Shown: positions 1 through 9,821, counted from the first letter of the stretch. The stretch: 64,000 bases of DNA from an uncultured Gemmatimonadales bacterium (GCA_963724265.1 CAVRTU010000005.1:280800-344799); one strand, 5' to 3'. Numbers and translations are program-made. The notes: a model not told the origin generated them from the letters alone.

Positions 1-368
1 GTCAGCCCCAGCGGCAGGGTGATCGCGGCGCAGACGATGATCAGCTGCCAGCCCCAGAAGTGGAGGCGGGACAGCGCGTCGCTCCACATCCGGACCTTGA
101 GCAGCCGCTGCATCGAGTAGTAGATGCCGGTGAACAGCATGTTGCCGGCAAAGGCGAAGATCACCGCGTTGGTGTGCAGCGGACGCAGCCTCCCGAAGGT
201 GGTCCACGGCAGCCCCAGGTTGGCCGGCCACCAGGCCAGCTGCAGCGCGATGATCACCCCGACCAGCATCCCCACTACGCCCCAGGTCACGGTGGCGATC
301 AGGAATTGCCGGACGATGTCGTCATCATACCTGACGCCGTCCGGGTTCTGAGCCGCGGTATATTGCAC
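1..368 (-). CDS. ccoN: cbb3-type cytochrome c oxidase subunit I (CcoN), N-terminal part; gene continues beyond window start
   Basis: Runs off the window, so it is absent from the ORF track. My minus-strand translation from GTG at 368 reads [91 protein letters not shown]..., with the [10 protein letters not shown] region typical of CcoN. GAGGAGG lies just upstream of the GTG. Confidence 0.85.
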   Translation of the reverse strand, partial: MQYTAAQNPDGVRYDDDIVRQFLIATVTWGVVGMLVGVIIALQLAWWPANLGLPWTTFGRLRPLHTNAVIFAFAGNMLFTGIYYSMQRLLKVRMWSDALSRLHFWGWQLIIVCAAITLPLGL

Positions 369-418
369 CCCGTCCTCCTCTCTGGTGTCGTGCCGAAGGT
401 CCTTCACCCTGGCCCCGC

Positions 419-1069
419 TTGACGCCCTTCCTGCTGACCGCTCTGCTCGCCGGCCTGGCCGGCAGCCCCCATTGTGTCGCGATGTGCGGTGCCTTCGCCT
501 CGGCCTGCGCCGCCCACCGTCCGGGGTTCGGCGCGTGGCACGCCGGCCGCCTTGCGGCCTACGCGGCCCTCGGCGCCCTGGCGGGAACGGTGGGCCGGCT
601 CATTCCGGGTCCCGCCTGGCTGGCGCCACTTCTCGCCGCGCTGTTGCTGCTCTGGTTCACCCTCACCCTCGCCGGCCTGGTCGGCGAGCCGGTCATTCCC
701 CTGGCCGGGCTCACCCGCCTCGGAACGCGGCTCGCCGGACGGCCGGGACTCCTGCCCCAATTCACCTTCGGGGTCGTCAATGGATTCCTGCCCTGCGGGC
801 TGGTGTATTCGGCGCTCAGCCTGCCGGTCGCGCTGGGACAGGCTGGGCAGGGCGCGCTGGCGATGCTCGCCTTCGGTGCCGGAACGGTTCCGCTGCTTTC
901 GGTCGCCGCCCTGCTGCTTCGCCGAATCACAGCGGCCAGCCTGGCGCGTCGCCGAGTGCTGGCCGCAGTGATCCTGATCCTGGGATTGGCCGCCATCGCG
1001 ATGCGCAGCGGAGTGATCGGCACCGGCCATGTGCACCACGGAGCACCAGATCACCCGACGAGTGATTAG
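419..1069 (+). CDS. DsbD_2/TauE-like integral membrane protein (cytochrome oxidase biogenesis-associated type)
   Basis: ORF track 216 aa. Multiple hydrophobic helices and an N-terminal SPHCVAMCG (HCxxMCG) motif typical of this family. Divergent from ccoN. TTG start is uncertain. Confidence 0.6.
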   Translation: MTPFLLTALLAGLAGSPHCVAMCGAFASACAAHRPGFGAWHAGRLAAYAALGALAGTVGRLIPGPAWLAPLLAALLLLWFTLTLAGLVGEPVIPLAGLTRLGTRLAGRPGLLPQFTFGVVNGFLPCGLVYSALSLPVALGQAGQGALAMLAFGAGTVPLLSVAALLLRRITAASLARRRVLAAVILILGLAAIAMRSGVIGTGHVHHGAPDHPTSD

Positions 1070-1151
1070 CACACAACCGCCCCGTGATGCACGTCCGGCA
1101 GAAAACTACCGCGCCGGCATAAAGCCGGATCGATGATAGAATGAATGCTTC

Positions 1152-1701
1152 TTAATCCTTCTTCTTCTCGTCGGCCAGTGACTTGTAACTGAACTTCTGC
1201 CCCCCGACGCTGGCCTCATACATCAAGCCTCCCTTGGCCATGGTGAACACCGCCACTCCGTTGCGGTAGGCGGCGTTGGCGGAGGCACCCGCGGTGACGG
1301 CCACCGCACTGACCTGGGCGTCGAAGGAGAAATCGCTGTTCTTGAACCCGTCCAGCGTCTTGGCGGTCTGGAAGAAGATCAGCTCGGAATAGGACTGGCC
1401 GCCGAGCTGGAGACCGACCGTCACCTGAGACAGTCGGGCGGTTCCGATCTGAGCCCCGCCGGCGTACACGCATCCCGTTCCGGTGGCGCCGCCAATGCCG
1501 ATGGCGCCCTTTGCCGATGCTCGGAAAGATGGCGTAGCCGACTGCGTCCTTGAAGAACTTGTCGATCCCGGAGTCCTTCTTCTTCATTGCCGTCACGGCC
1601 TCCTGGCACTTCGCATTATCGGGGTCGTTGGCGCGGCCTGTCGGTCACTGGCGGCCAGTGGCGGCGACCAGGGCGGCAGCGACTGCGAGGCGTGTGATCA
1701 T
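1152..1701 (-). CDS. SYLF (YSC84-like, DUF500) domain protein; interrupted in this sequence
   Basis: Two ORF-track pieces, 1152..1469 (...GLQLGGQSYSELIFFQTAKTLDGF...GGLMYEASVGGQKFSY) and 1216..1596 (MTAMKKKDSGIDKFFKDAVGYAIFPSIGKG), join with one frame change near 1503. A signal-peptide-like MITRLAVAAALVAATGRQ (ATG 1701, AGGAGG SD) is in the same frame but separated by an in-frame TGA at 1645-1647. Confidence 0.7.
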
Positions 1702-1715
1702 TAGTCCTCCTGAGA

Positions 1716-2240
1716 TTAGAAGGGAATGTCGTAGGCCGGCGGTGTGACCCCGTTGAGTCGAAGGTAGGGCACCGTCTGGCCAAGGGTCCAGACCGAGTGC
1801 TCTAACGATAGCTCCATCCAGCGGAATGCGGGCTGGACGTCGGGGCCGTAGACCTTGGTCGGCTCGGACAGCGACGTCGGCGTGGCCGCCTGGAGGGCGG
1901 CGAGGACGTAGTCGTAGGTCGCCGCCGCGTAGGCCTTGAGCGCCGACTTGTCGTGGAGGTAGACGGCGGAATCTCCCAGCGCCGGGAACTGCTGGACACC
2001 CTTCAGGGCCCGGGCCGCCACCTGGAGGTTGGTGGTCACGATGTGGTCGAACTGCTCGGCGAAGGTGCGCACCCCGGGGGTTGGGCGGAATCCCATCGCA
2101 CTGTCGGGCATAGCGTCGATGTAGGCCAGCACGTTCTTCCGGCTCCGCTCCCAGTCGCCCAGGGCCGAGCTGGAGGGGGTCTGGGCAGCGGCGAGGGCGG
2201 GGGCCAGGAGCAGCAACGTGGACAGGACGGCGGGTCTCAT
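1716..2240 (-). CDS. DinB-family (DinB_2-like) secreted protein
   Basis: ORF track 1716..2267. Likely start is MRPAVLSTLLLLAPALAAAQ (signal peptide). Helical-bundle DinB-like sequence (FAEQFDHIVTTN...LEHSVWTLGQ). Confidence 0.7.
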   Translation of the reverse strand: MRPAVLSTLLLLAPALAAAQTPSSSALGDWERSRKNVLAYIDAMPDSAMGFRPTPGVRTFAEQFDHIVTTNLQVAARALKGVQQFPALGDSAVYLHDKSALKAYAAATYDYVLAALQAATPTSLSEPTKVYGPDVQPAFRWMELSLEHSVWTLGQTVPYLRLNGVTPPAYDIPF

Positions 2241-2424
2241 GCAGGCATCCTCGGTGGGGGGTTCCATTTTGGGCCAGGGGGCAGGTTATGTTCCTTGCCA
2301 ATGGACATAGCCTTCGGGCCCCGGTGAACTGGCAGAGCAGACCGGGTGATCAAAGTGCCACGAACCATCGTCCCGGTTGGTGCATACGCACTGGACCGGG
2401 CGTTGTGTTTTCAGGACCTGCATT

Positions 2425-2493
2425 TCCCGCCCTCCCGCGACCGAGCGACGAAGTCGCGAGGAAGTCCTTTAGGGCCCTCCCGCCCTCCCGCCC
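2425..2493. repeat. C-rich tandem-word arms flanking a copy of the conserved ~26-nt motif
   Basis: cccgccctccc / GCGACCGA[14-nt insert]AGGAAGTCCTTTAGGGCC / ctcccgccctcccgccc. The minus strand carries GGGCGGGAGGGCGGGAGGG (G4-type motif). Confidence 0.7.
2437..2476 (-). repeat. Conserved motif copy 1 (GGCCCTAAAGGACTyCC...TCGGTCGC), variant with 14-nt insertion
   Basis: Read on the minus strand: GGCCCTAAAGGACTTCCTCGCGACTTCGTCGCTCGGTCGC. It starts 18 nt after the stop of the minus-strand SRPBCC gene. Confidence 0.7.
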
Positions 2494-2928
2494 TCAGACA
2501 TCAAGTCGCTGCGAATAGGGCACCATCTCCCCCTTCTCGAGGTGTCGGCGGAGAATCCGGAGGTACATCGCCCAGCAGTAGCTCGACACCCGGAAGTGCT
2601 GGTTCATCTCGGGCCAGCCGGTATGATAGAACCGGACCTCGGTCGTTCCCGGCCTCTGCGCGGCCAGCCGGAAGCCGACCCTGGAACCGGTCCAATCGCC
2701 GTCGGCCCGGGACATGGTCAGCTGAAATGCCTCCCCCGGCAGGCACTGGGTGACCACGGCCCGCCAGTCGTTGTCCGGACCGAACCAGAGCTGGTACTCG
2801 GCGCCCATCCGGGCCTCGCCCGAGGAGCGGGCGGTCCACCACTGGTCGAGGCCGGCGGGGGTGCTTACCGCGTCGAATACCTGCGCCGGCGAGGCCGCGA
2901 TCGGAAACTCGTGCAGAATCTCGTACAT
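2494..2928 (-). CDS. SRPBCC superfamily protein (AHSA1/activator-of-Hsp90-ATPase-like)
   Basis: ORF track 2494..2967; probable start [31 protein letters not shown]. Typical AHSA1-like N-terminus and length (~144 aa). Confidence 0.75.
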   Translation of the reverse strand: MYEILHEFPIAASPAQVFDAVSTPAGLDQWWTARSSGEARMGAEYQLWFGPDNDWRAVVTQCLPGEAFQLTMSRADGDWTGSRVGFRLAAQRPGTTEVRFYHTGWPEMNQHFRVSSYCWAMYLRILRRHLEKGEMVPYSQRLDV

Positions 2929-3041
2929 GCGGCTCCTTTCGGGCCGGAGCCGGTCGGCCGCGCCCACCTTGCCAGTATCTCAGCGGCCCGGAATATTCCG
3001 GGCTGGAGTCCCGCCTCTATTCTTCAACGGTCCGAGAACTC

Positions 3042-4106
3042 ATGAACGCCGCCGACATCCGCCAGCTCCTGGGAGACCAGGCCGCCTCCCTGCTCGATTT
3101 CAACAGCCCGAAGATCGGCAGGGAGCGGCTCCACCTCCCGGGGCCCGACTTCATCGACCGGGTCTTCGGCCCCTCGGACCGGAACATCCGGACCCTGGTC
3201 AACCTGCAACGGCTCTACGGACACGGCCGCCTGGGCGGGACCGGCTACATGTCGATCCTGCCGGTGGACCAGGGCATCGAGCATTCGGCCGGGGCGAGCT
3301 TCGCGAAGAACCCGGACTACTTCGACCCGGAAAACATCATTCGGCTGGCCATCGAGGGGGGCTGTAACGCCGTGGCCACCACCTTCGGCTGCCACGGTGC
3401 AGTGGCCCGGAAGTACGCCCACAAGATCCCCTTCCTCGTCAAGATCAACCATAGCGAATTGCTGACCTATCCCAACAAGGCCGACCAGATCCTCTTCGGG
3501 ACGGTCAAGGAGGCGGCCGACCTCGGCGCCGCGGCGGTCGGGGCCACCATCTACTTCGGCTCCGATGGGGCGGGGCGGCAGATCGTCGAGATCAGCCAGG
3601 CCTTCCAGCAGGCCCACGAGATGGGCCTCGCCACCGTCCTCTGGTGCTACCTGCGGAACAACGCCTTCAAGAAAGACAAGGACTACCACCTGTCGGCCGA
3701 CCTGACTGGCCAGGCCAATCACCTCGGGGTCACCATCCAGGCCGACATCATCAAGCAGAAGCTGCCCGAAAACAACGGGGGGTACAAGGCGCTCAACGTC
3801 GAATCCTCCTACGGCAAGATCGACGACCGGGTTTACACTGAGCTGACCAGCGACCACCCGATCGACCTCTGCCGCTACCAGGTGGCCAGCTGCTACATGG
3901 GCCGCTCGGGGCTGATCAACAGCGGCGGGGCCTCGGGCAAGAACGACCTCAAGGAGGCCGTCCTGACCGCGGTCATCAACAAGAGGGCAGGGGGAACGGG
4001 GCTGATCTCGGGCCGCAAGGCCTTCCAGCGCCCGATGAAGGAGGGGGTGGCGCTCCTGAACGCAATTCAGGACGTGTACCTGGCCAAGGAGATTGGGGTA
4101 GCCTGA
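3042..4106 (+). CDS. fbaB: Class I fructose-bisphosphate aldolase (FbaB/DhnA type)
   Basis: 354-aa intact [31 protein letters not shown]..., KINHSELL and [12 protein letters not shown] are characteristic of ~350-aa class I FBA. Confidence 0.9.
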   Translation: MNAADIRQLLGDQAASLLDFNSPKIGRERLHLPGPDFIDRVFGPSDRNIRTLVNLQRLYGHGRLGGTGYMSILPVDQGIEHSAGASFAKNPDYFDPENIIRLAIEGGCNAVATTFGCHGAVARKYAHKIPFLVKINHSELLTYPNKADQILFGTVKEAADLGAAAVGATIYFGSDGAGRQIVEISQAFQQAHEMGLATVLWCYLRNNAFKKDKDYHLSADLTGQANHLGVTIQADIIKQKLPENNGGYKALNVESSYGKIDDRVYTELTSDHPIDLCRYQVASCYMGRSGLINSGGASGKNDLKEAVLTAVINKRAGGTGLISGRKAFQRPMKEGVALLNAIQDVYLAKEIGVA

Positions 4107-4110
4107 GACA

Positions 4111-4199
4111 GGCGGGAGGGCGGGAAGGCGGGAAGGCGGGAGGAGAGTCTGTAGTCCGTCTCGTCCTCCCGCTCTCCCGCCCTCCCGCCCTCCCGCCCC
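4111..4199. repeat. Long GC hairpin of tandem words (GGCGGGA/GGGCGGGAAGG arms)
   Basis: G-rich arm 4111-4145 (ggcgggagggcgggaaggcgggaaggcgggagg) and complementary C-rich arm 4164-4199, between the fbaB stop and tRNA-Ser. No U-tract follows. Confidence 0.75.
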
Positions 4200-4200
4200 A

Positions 4201-4287
4201 CGGCGTGGGAAGGATTCGAACCTTCGAGGGCCTTTCAGCCCTGGCGGTTTTCAAGACCGCTGCATTCGACCACTCTGCCACCACGCC
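4201..4287 (-). tRNA. tRNA-Ser (anticodon TGA)
   Basis: Minus strand GGCGTGGTGGCAGAGTGGTCGAATGCAGCGGTCTTGAAAACCGCCAGGGCTGAAAGGCCCTCGAAGGTTCGAATCCTTCCCACGCCG. It has a 7-bp acceptor stem, anticodon loop CTTGAAA, long variable arm and GGTTCGAATCC T-loop. CCA is not encoded. Confidence 0.9.
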
Positions 4288-4547
4288 AGAACCGCATTTT
4301 CCCCGGAGCCGTTGCACCGGGCCGGACAAGAATAGCCCACCCCCATTTCCCTCACCAGTTTCTGCCCCTCTGCCCCTCTGCCCCACCGATAATCTTAAAG
4401 TAACTTCTCACTAGCTAAGTCGCTGCAGTTAAATGTCCTGACTCACTTGCACCCACCTGTGGCAACCGCGCGATGCGCCTGATCACGGGAGGCCTGCCGG
4501 CCGGGCGCTACCTTTGCCGGCTCTCCCCGGATAAGGCATCGGACCCT

Positions 4548-5528
4548 ATGCGACTCATTTCCACATTGGGATTCCTCCTGGTTGCCACGCTGCTGGCCTG
4601 CAGCGTGAGCGATGGGCTGGGCACCCTCCCGCCGCCTCCGGACACCACCACGCCGGGCCTGGGCGTCGGGGCCAGCCTGGAGGGCCGGCGGCCCTTCCCC
4701 GATGACAACCCCTGGAACACCCCGGTGGACGCCGCTCCGCTGGATCCCAACTCCGCAGCCCTGATCGCTGACATCGGGCCGGGTACGGCGCTGCATCCCG
4801 ACTTCGGCGCGAACTGGAATGGGGGGCCGTTCGGCATCCCCTACATCGTGGTGGCGGGCTCGACGCCGGGGGTCGGGGTGACGTTCGACTATGCCGACGA
4901 GAGCGATCCCGGTCCCTACCCGATCCCGGCCAATGCCCCCATCGAGGGCGGAGCCGCGAGCGGCGGCGACCGCCATGTCCTGGTCATCGACCGTGACCAC
5001 TGGATGCTCTATGAACTCTTCGCCGCCTACCCGGTGGCCGGTGGTGCCCGCTGGACGGCGGGATCGGGGGCGATCTTCGACCTCGCCTCCGACGCCCTCC
5101 GCCCCGCGGGGTGGACCTCAGCTGACGCCGCCGGACTGCCGATCTTCCCCGGCCTGGTCCGCTACGACGAGGTCGTTGAGCAGGGGGTGATCCGCCATGC
5201 GCTCCGCTTCACCGTGAGCCGGAGCCGCCGGGGGTACATCTCCCCGGCCCGGCACTTCGCCTCGAGCGACACCAGCACCAGCCGTCCCCCGATGGGGATG
5301 CGGGTCCGCCTCAAGGCCGGCTTCGACCTCAGCGGCTATCCCCCCAGCGCCCGGGTCATACTCCAGGCCCTCAAGACTTACGGCATGATCGTGGCTGACA
5401 ACGGCAGCGACTGGTACCTGTCGGGGGCGCCCGATGCCCGGTGGAGCGACGACGAGCTCAACACCCTGAAGACCGTCCACGGGGGGGATTTCGAGGTGGT
5501 CAGGATGGGGCCGGTCACGACACAGTAA
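4548..5528 (+). CDS. Conserved hypothetical lipoprotein
   Basis: ORF track 4473..5528. Probable start is MRLISTLGFLLVATLLAC (lipobox LLAC). Pro/Thr linker followed by a ~280-aa domain. I do not recognise a characterised family. Confidence 0.5.
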   Translation: MRLISTLGFLLVATLLACSVSDGLGTLPPPPDTTTPGLGVGASLEGRRPFPDDNPWNTPVDAAPLDPNSAALIADIGPGTALHPDFGANWNGGPFGIPYIVVAGSTPGVGVTFDYADESDPGPYPIPANAPIEGGAASGGDRHVLVIDRDHWMLYELFAAYPVAGGARWTAGSGAIFDLASDALRPAGWTSADAAGLPIFPGLVRYDEVVEQGVIRHALRFTVSRSRRGYISPARHFASSDTSTSRPPMGMRVRLKAGFDLSGYPPSARVILQALKTYGMIVADNGSDWYLSGAPDARWSDDELNTLKTVHGGDFEVVRMGPVTTQ

Positions 5529-5591
5529 CCCGTTCTCTACCCCGTCCTGCGACCGCGCATTAGCATTAGGGACCCCAACCGACGGGATTCC

Positions 5592-7835
5592 GTGGCCACA
5601 ACGCCCGAGGGCACCCTGGCCTGTTCGCGCTGCGGGAGCGAGATCGCTCCCGGGGTGCGTTTCTGCGCCATGTGCGGCCACGATGTCTCGGGCGTGCAAG
5701 CCTCGATTTCCACCGAGCAGATGGCGGCGCAGGCGCCCCTCCCGCGGGGGGGCGAGGCGATGCAGCAGGAGATGGTGGATCATCTCCGGCACGCCACGCT
5801 GGGGGAGTACGAGATCCAGGGCGAGCTGGGACGCGGCGGCATGGCCACCGTCTACCTGGCCCACGAGATCGCGCTCGACCGCAAGGTCGCCATCAAGGTC
5901 ATGTCCCCCTCGCTGGTGACCGGCGAGGGGATGATCGAGCGCTTCAAGCGGGAGGCCCGCACCTCCGCCTCCCTCAGCCATCCCAACATCATCCCGGTCT
6001 ACGCCGTCCGGGAGACCGACCGGCTGCTCTTCTTCGTGATGAAGTTCGTCCAGGGCCGTCCCCTGGATTCGATCATCAAGGAAGTCGGCCCCCTGCCGAT
6101 CCCGATGGTCAAGGCGATCCTGGCCCAGGCCGGCAGCGCCTTCGGCTACGCCCACCGGCGCGGCATCGTCCATCGCGACATCAAGCCCGCCAACATCATG
6201 ATCGACGACGAGGGCTGGGCCGTCGTCACCGACTTCGGCATCGCCAAGGTGTCGGAATCCCAGGGGCTCACCATGACCGGGATGACGGTCGGCACCCCCA
6301 CCTACATGAGCCCCGAGCAGTGCATGGCGCAGGACGTGACCGGCGCCTCCGACCAGTACTCCCTCGGGGTCGTCGCCTACGAGATGCTGACCGGGCGGCC
6401 GCCGTTCTCTGGCGGGTCGATGATGGCCATCATGTACGGCCATTTCAACGAGCCGCCGCCGCCGATGGAGCGGTTCCGGCCCGACGTTCCCGACGATCTC
6501 CGGATGGCTGTCATGCGGATGCTGGAGAAGCCGCCCGAGCGGCGCTGGCCGTCGGTGGATGAAGCCATCGCGGCCATCGGCGTGCAGCCGCTGGCCCACG
6601 ACGACCCGACTCGCACCCGCCTGGTGGCGCTGGCCAGGGACGGTGCCTTGAAGACGCAGGCGATGATGGGCAAGCTGATTACGCCCATGAGCCCGATTCC
6701 CGGGGGCCGGAGGCAGGGGCGGACTGCTCCGCCGGCTGGCGCGGCAGGGGCGCCAACCGCGAGGGCCCAGCCGGCCGGCCGTCCGGTACCCCGGTCGGTC
6801 CCTGCGCCGGAGAAGGGCTCGAAGAAGGGCCTCCTGGTTGGCGGGGGGGTCGCATTGCTGGCGATCGTGGGTGCGCTGGCGGTGCTGCATCCCTGGCGGA
6901 AACCCACGGTGGCCGAGCCACCCGCGCCTTCGGTTACTCAGCAGGCCCCCGTCGAGCAGGCTCCCGCGCCGGAAGCAGCTCCGCCCGCTGCGTCCGGGGC
7001 CGCCGAGTCGGGCGCCGCGGCGGCGCCCCCGCCCACGACCGAGTCGCCCGCGCCGCCCAAACCGGCAGCCAAGCCGCCACTGGCCGAAAAGAAGAAGGTG
7101 GTCGGGGCGGCTCCGTCGGAGGCGGAACCGCGACTCCACGCCCAGCCCAGCAATCCCGAACCGGCGGTGACCCACACCGGTGGCCGGATCGTTCCCGACC
7201 CGCAGGAGCTCGAGCGCGACCGGACCCTGTACCTGAAGCTGCTCGCCAATGCCCAGTCGGCCAGGCAGGCCGCGGTCGCCGCCGGCGCCACCGACGCCGA
7301 CCTGGCCGGCGGTGACCTGCTCTTCAGGAACGCCCAGAACATGGCCGAAGCCCAGCAGTACATGGCCACGACTGATCCCCTCAACTCCGCTTCATCGGCC
7401 TATGTCTCGGCCGCGACCACGGCCCGCGATCGCGCCTCCGCCGCCCGCGCCGCGGTGGAGCCCGTACTCCCTCCCGCCGCGGCCCCGGCAGCACCGGCCG
7501 TCGACGAGCAGGCCAACGTCCGGCAGGTGGTGCAGGACTATTCGCGGGCCCTGGCGGCCGGGGACCTTAACGGCGCCCTCGCCGCGTTCCCCGAGATGTC
7601 GGCCGAGATGCAGGCCGGGTACCGGGATTGGTTTCAGAAGGGAATTCGCCTCGATACCAGCAAATGGGCCATCACCTCGATCAGCGTCTCCGGGACGACG
7701 GCTACGGTGACGATGAATGGGCCGGTCGCGCTGCTGGACAAGAAGGGCAAAGCGAGTGAGAAATCGGCCGGGCCCAAGTCCATCACCCTGGGCCAGGGGA
7801 CTGGGGGCTGGCACATCACCAACCTCAGCAACTGA
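5592..7835 (+). CDS. Ser/Thr protein kinase with N-terminal zinc ribbon, TM segment, Pro/Ala-rich linker and C-terminal NTF2/SnoaL-like domain
   Basis: 747-aa intact ORF (GTG start). CSRCGSEIAPGVRFCAMCGHD zinc ribbon; Hanks kinase motifs GRGGMATVY, VAIK, HRDIKPANIM, DFG, TPTYMSPEQ. Hydrophobic LLVGGGVALLAIVGALAVL segment. C-terminal VRQVVQDYSRALAAGDLNGALAAF. Confidence 0.85.
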   Translation: MATTPEGTLACSRCGSEIAPGVRFCAMCGHDVSGVQASISTEQMAAQAPLPRGGEAMQQEMVDHLRHATLGEYEIQGELGRGGMATVYLAHEIALDRKVAIKVMSPSLVTGEGMIERFKREARTSASLSHPNIIPVYAVRETDRLLFFVMKFVQGRPLDSIIKEVGPLPIPMVKAILAQAGSAFGYAHRRGIVHRDIKPANIMIDDEGWAVVTDFGIAKVSESQGLTMTGMTVGTPTYMSPEQCMAQDVTGASDQYSLGVVAYEMLTGRPPFSGGSMMAIMYGHFNEPPPPMERFRPDVPDDLRMAVMRMLEKPPERRWPSVDEAIAAIGVQPLAHDDPTRTRLVALARDGALKTQAMMGKLITPMSPIPGGRRQGRTAPPAGAAGAPTARAQPAGRPVPRSVPAPEKGSKKGLLVGGGVALLAIVGALAVLHPWRKPTVAEPPAPSVTQQAPVEQAPAPEAAPPAASGAAESGAAAAPPPTTESPAPPKPAAKPPLAEKKKVVGAAPSEAEPRLHAQPSNPEPAVTHTGGRIVPDPQELERDRTLYLKLLANAQSARQAAVAAGATDADLAGGDLLFRNAQNMAEAQQYMATTDPLNSASSAYVSAATTARDRASAARAAVEPVLPPAAAPAAPAVDEQANVRQVVQDYSRALAAGDLNGALAAFPEMSAEMQAGYRDWFQKGIRLDTSKWAITSISVSGTTATVTMNGPVALLDKKGKASEKSAGPKSITLGQGTGGWHITNLSN

Positions 7836-7925
7836 TCCTCGCCGGCCCGGGCCGGATCCTCACCACGTGGCATCTTCCCCCCGGGCTTCCCGACTGATAT
7901 CGTAACCGGTCCCTCAGACAATCCG

Positions 7926-9242
7926 TTGCGCCGCACGCCTTTCGGAGGTCCGATGCCCAGTCGCCTCGTCCGGTGGTGCCTCCTTTCTCTGGCACTTTCC
8001 GCCCCGCCCCTCGCCGCGCAGCAGGAGTCCATCACCGACAAGATCGGCGACCTCTTCCGGTTCGGGACCTGCGGCCAGCCGCTCTGCCTCGATGGATCGA
8101 TCAACGCTCAGAACGGGCACGGCGACCACTTCATTCCCTCCGCGGTGGCCGGCAACCTCCAGGTCATCAACTTCCTGACCGACGCCGTGGCCTCGACCGG
8201 CTCGAATTTTCCCATCGGCTCCACCAGCGGCGGCGCGACCTACCGCCTGGTGGGTGGGGTGCCGGTCAAGACCAGCAACTCGCTGGGGCCGATCTTCGCC
8301 GAGCGGGCAGACAACCTGGGCCGGGGGCGCTTCCTCATGGGGGCGGTGGTCAACTTCATCAACTACCAGTCGATGCGCGGGGTGCCGATCAACAACCTCT
8401 ACTTCAATTTCACCCACCAGGACGTGCCCCCGGCGGGACTGGGCAATCCGCTGCGCGAAAACGACATCATCGTGGTCCAGGTGGCCTTGTCGGTGAACCA
8501 GGTGGTCACCGCCTACTACATGACCTACGGGCTGCTCAGCCGGCTCGACCTGAGCGTGGCCGTGCCGGTGGTACACGCGTCGATGGAAGGCTCCAGCACC
8601 GCCCAGATCATGCCCTTCGGCACCCCGGCGGTCCACTTCTTCTCGGGCGACAGCGCCAATCCGGTGCTCCGGGCGGCGGCGACGACCTTCGGCTCCGCCA
8701 GCGGACTGGGCGACATCGCCGGACGGTTCAAGCTGGGGATCACCGCGGCGGAAAAATTCTCCTCATCCCTGCTGGTGGATGTACGCTTCCCGACCGGCGA
8801 CGCCGACAACCTGCTCGGCGCCGGCACCTACTCCGGCCGGGCGCTGGCGATCTTCTCGTCCCACTTCGGCAACTTCAATCCGCACGCCAACGTGGGATAC
8901 CTCTTCCGCGAGGGCGACCTCAATGACGAGATCGTGGCCAACGCCGGGTTCGACGCGATACTCGCCCCCTACGCCACCATGGCGATCGACGTGCTGAGCA
9001 ACTGGGTGCTGGGGACGCCGTTCCAGGTGCCGCCACCGGTCAACTACATCGCTCCCTATCAGCGCACCGTCGTTCCCACCACCGTTCCCAACATCCACGA
9101 CCACCGGGTCGACGCCAGCGCCGGCTTCAAGTTCAAGATCGGCAAGCCCACCACCATGATCGTGAACGCACTGCTGCCGATCAGGGACGGCGGAGTGGAG
9201 CCGAGCGTGGTCTGGACCGGCGGCGTCGAGTTCAACTTCTAG
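7926..9242 (+). CDS. Putative outer-membrane beta-barrel protein
   Basis: 438-aa ORF. Signal peptide (LLSLALSAPPLAAQQ), alternating beta-strand-like pattern, C-terminal WTGGVEFNF ending in Phe. Confidence 0.55.
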   Translation: MRRTPFGGPMPSRLVRWCLLSLALSAPPLAAQQESITDKIGDLFRFGTCGQPLCLDGSINAQNGHGDHFIPSAVAGNLQVINFLTDAVASTGSNFPIGSTSGGATYRLVGGVPVKTSNSLGPIFAERADNLGRGRFLMGAVVNFINYQSMRGVPINNLYFNFTHQDVPPAGLGNPLRENDIIVVQVALSVNQVVTAYYMTYGLLSRLDLSVAVPVVHASMEGSSTAQIMPFGTPAVHFFSGDSANPVLRAAATTFGSASGLGDIAGRFKLGITAAEKFSSSLLVDVRFPTGDADNLLGAGTYSGRALAIFSSHFGNFNPHANVGYLFREGDLNDEIVANAGFDAILAPYATMAIDVLSNWVLGTPFQVPPPVNYIAPYQRTVVPTTVPNIHDHRVDASAGFKFKIGKPTTMIVNALLPIRDGGVEPSVVWTGGVEFNF

Positions 9243-9258
9243 GCGATGGCGGGGAGTC

Positions 9259-9304
9259 GGGAAACGGGAAAGGCCGGGGGACTCTCCCCGGCCTTTCCCG
9301 TTCC
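9259..9304. terminator. Hairpin between convergent genes (possible bidirectional terminator)
   Basis: gggaaacgggaaaggccgggg / actct / ccccggcctttcccgttcc; ~20-bp stem between the 9242 (+) and 9325 (-) gene ends. Confidence 0.5.
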
Positions 9305-9324
9305 GGCTACCCGCCCGTGCCGCG

Positions 9325-9702
9325 TCAGGGGGGCGGCGGCGGCACAACCGTCACGAAGGCGGTATCCGCGAAGCCGTCGAGCGAGGCGATAATGCTGTCC
9401 AGGCCCAGACCGGCCCCGGTCACGATGCCGCTGACGCCGATCGTCGCGACGGCCGGATTGCTCGTGTTCCAGGTGACCGCCCGGCTGGCCAGCAGGGCGC
9501 CCGTGGCGTCGAGGCCGAATCCGTGCAGGGTATCGACCGCGCCGGGGATCATCTGGAGCGATTCGGGGACGATCCGCACCGCGGCGACCGGGCCGGGCCC
9601 GATGTCCGTGTCGGTGCTGCAGGCGGCCCAGGTCAGAGCCGAGCACAGGCTCAGGGCGACAGCACGACGGGTAGCCGATCCAGGTCCGGTACGAGGCGCC
9701 AT
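9325..9702 (-). CDS. Bacterial Ig-like (Big_2) domain lipoprotein
   Basis: C-terminal part of ORF 9325..10992 read from the internal ATG at 9702: MAPRTGPGSATRRAVALSLCSALTWAAC (lipobox), then VTWNTSNPAVATIGVSGIVTGAGLGLDSIIASL, typical of Big_2. Confidence 0.7.
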   Translation of the reverse strand: MAPRTGPGSATRRAVALSLCSALTWAACSTDTDIGPGPVAAVRIVPESLQMIPGAVDTLHGFGLDATGALLASRAVTWNTSNPAVATIGVSGIVTGAGLGLDSIIASLDGFADTAFVTVVPPPPP

Positions 9703-9821
9703 GTGCTGGCCTCCGGCCCCCGAGGGGCGGCGACAGATGACCCGCGGAAGAATCCGTTGAATCTGCCAATCTGCGGATTCACTGTCAAAGGGCGCGGGAA
9801 GCAGCGTCCCGCGCCCGATGA

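Noticed and set aside
1645-1647. The in-frame TGA in the SYLF gene as a selenocysteine codon, given that selA is nearby.
   Set aside because: There is no convincing SECIS-like stem-loop immediately downstream, the position is within or after a signal peptide, and no selenoprotein is known in this family. A sequencing error, a mutation or an alternative start is more parsimonious. It is also listed as a low-interest finding.
5118-7175. Very long ORFs antisense to or overlapping annotated genes: 5118..7175 (-), 10916..12805 (+), 12210..14057 (+), 12430..14364 (-), 42688..44706 (-), 48791..50980 (-), 52793..54598 (-), 20584..22005 (-).
   Set aside because: These are typical high-GC shadow ORFs. 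Their translations are Arg/Pro/Gly/Ala-rich with no recognisable motifs. Each lies opposite or out of frame to a gene with clear family signatures.
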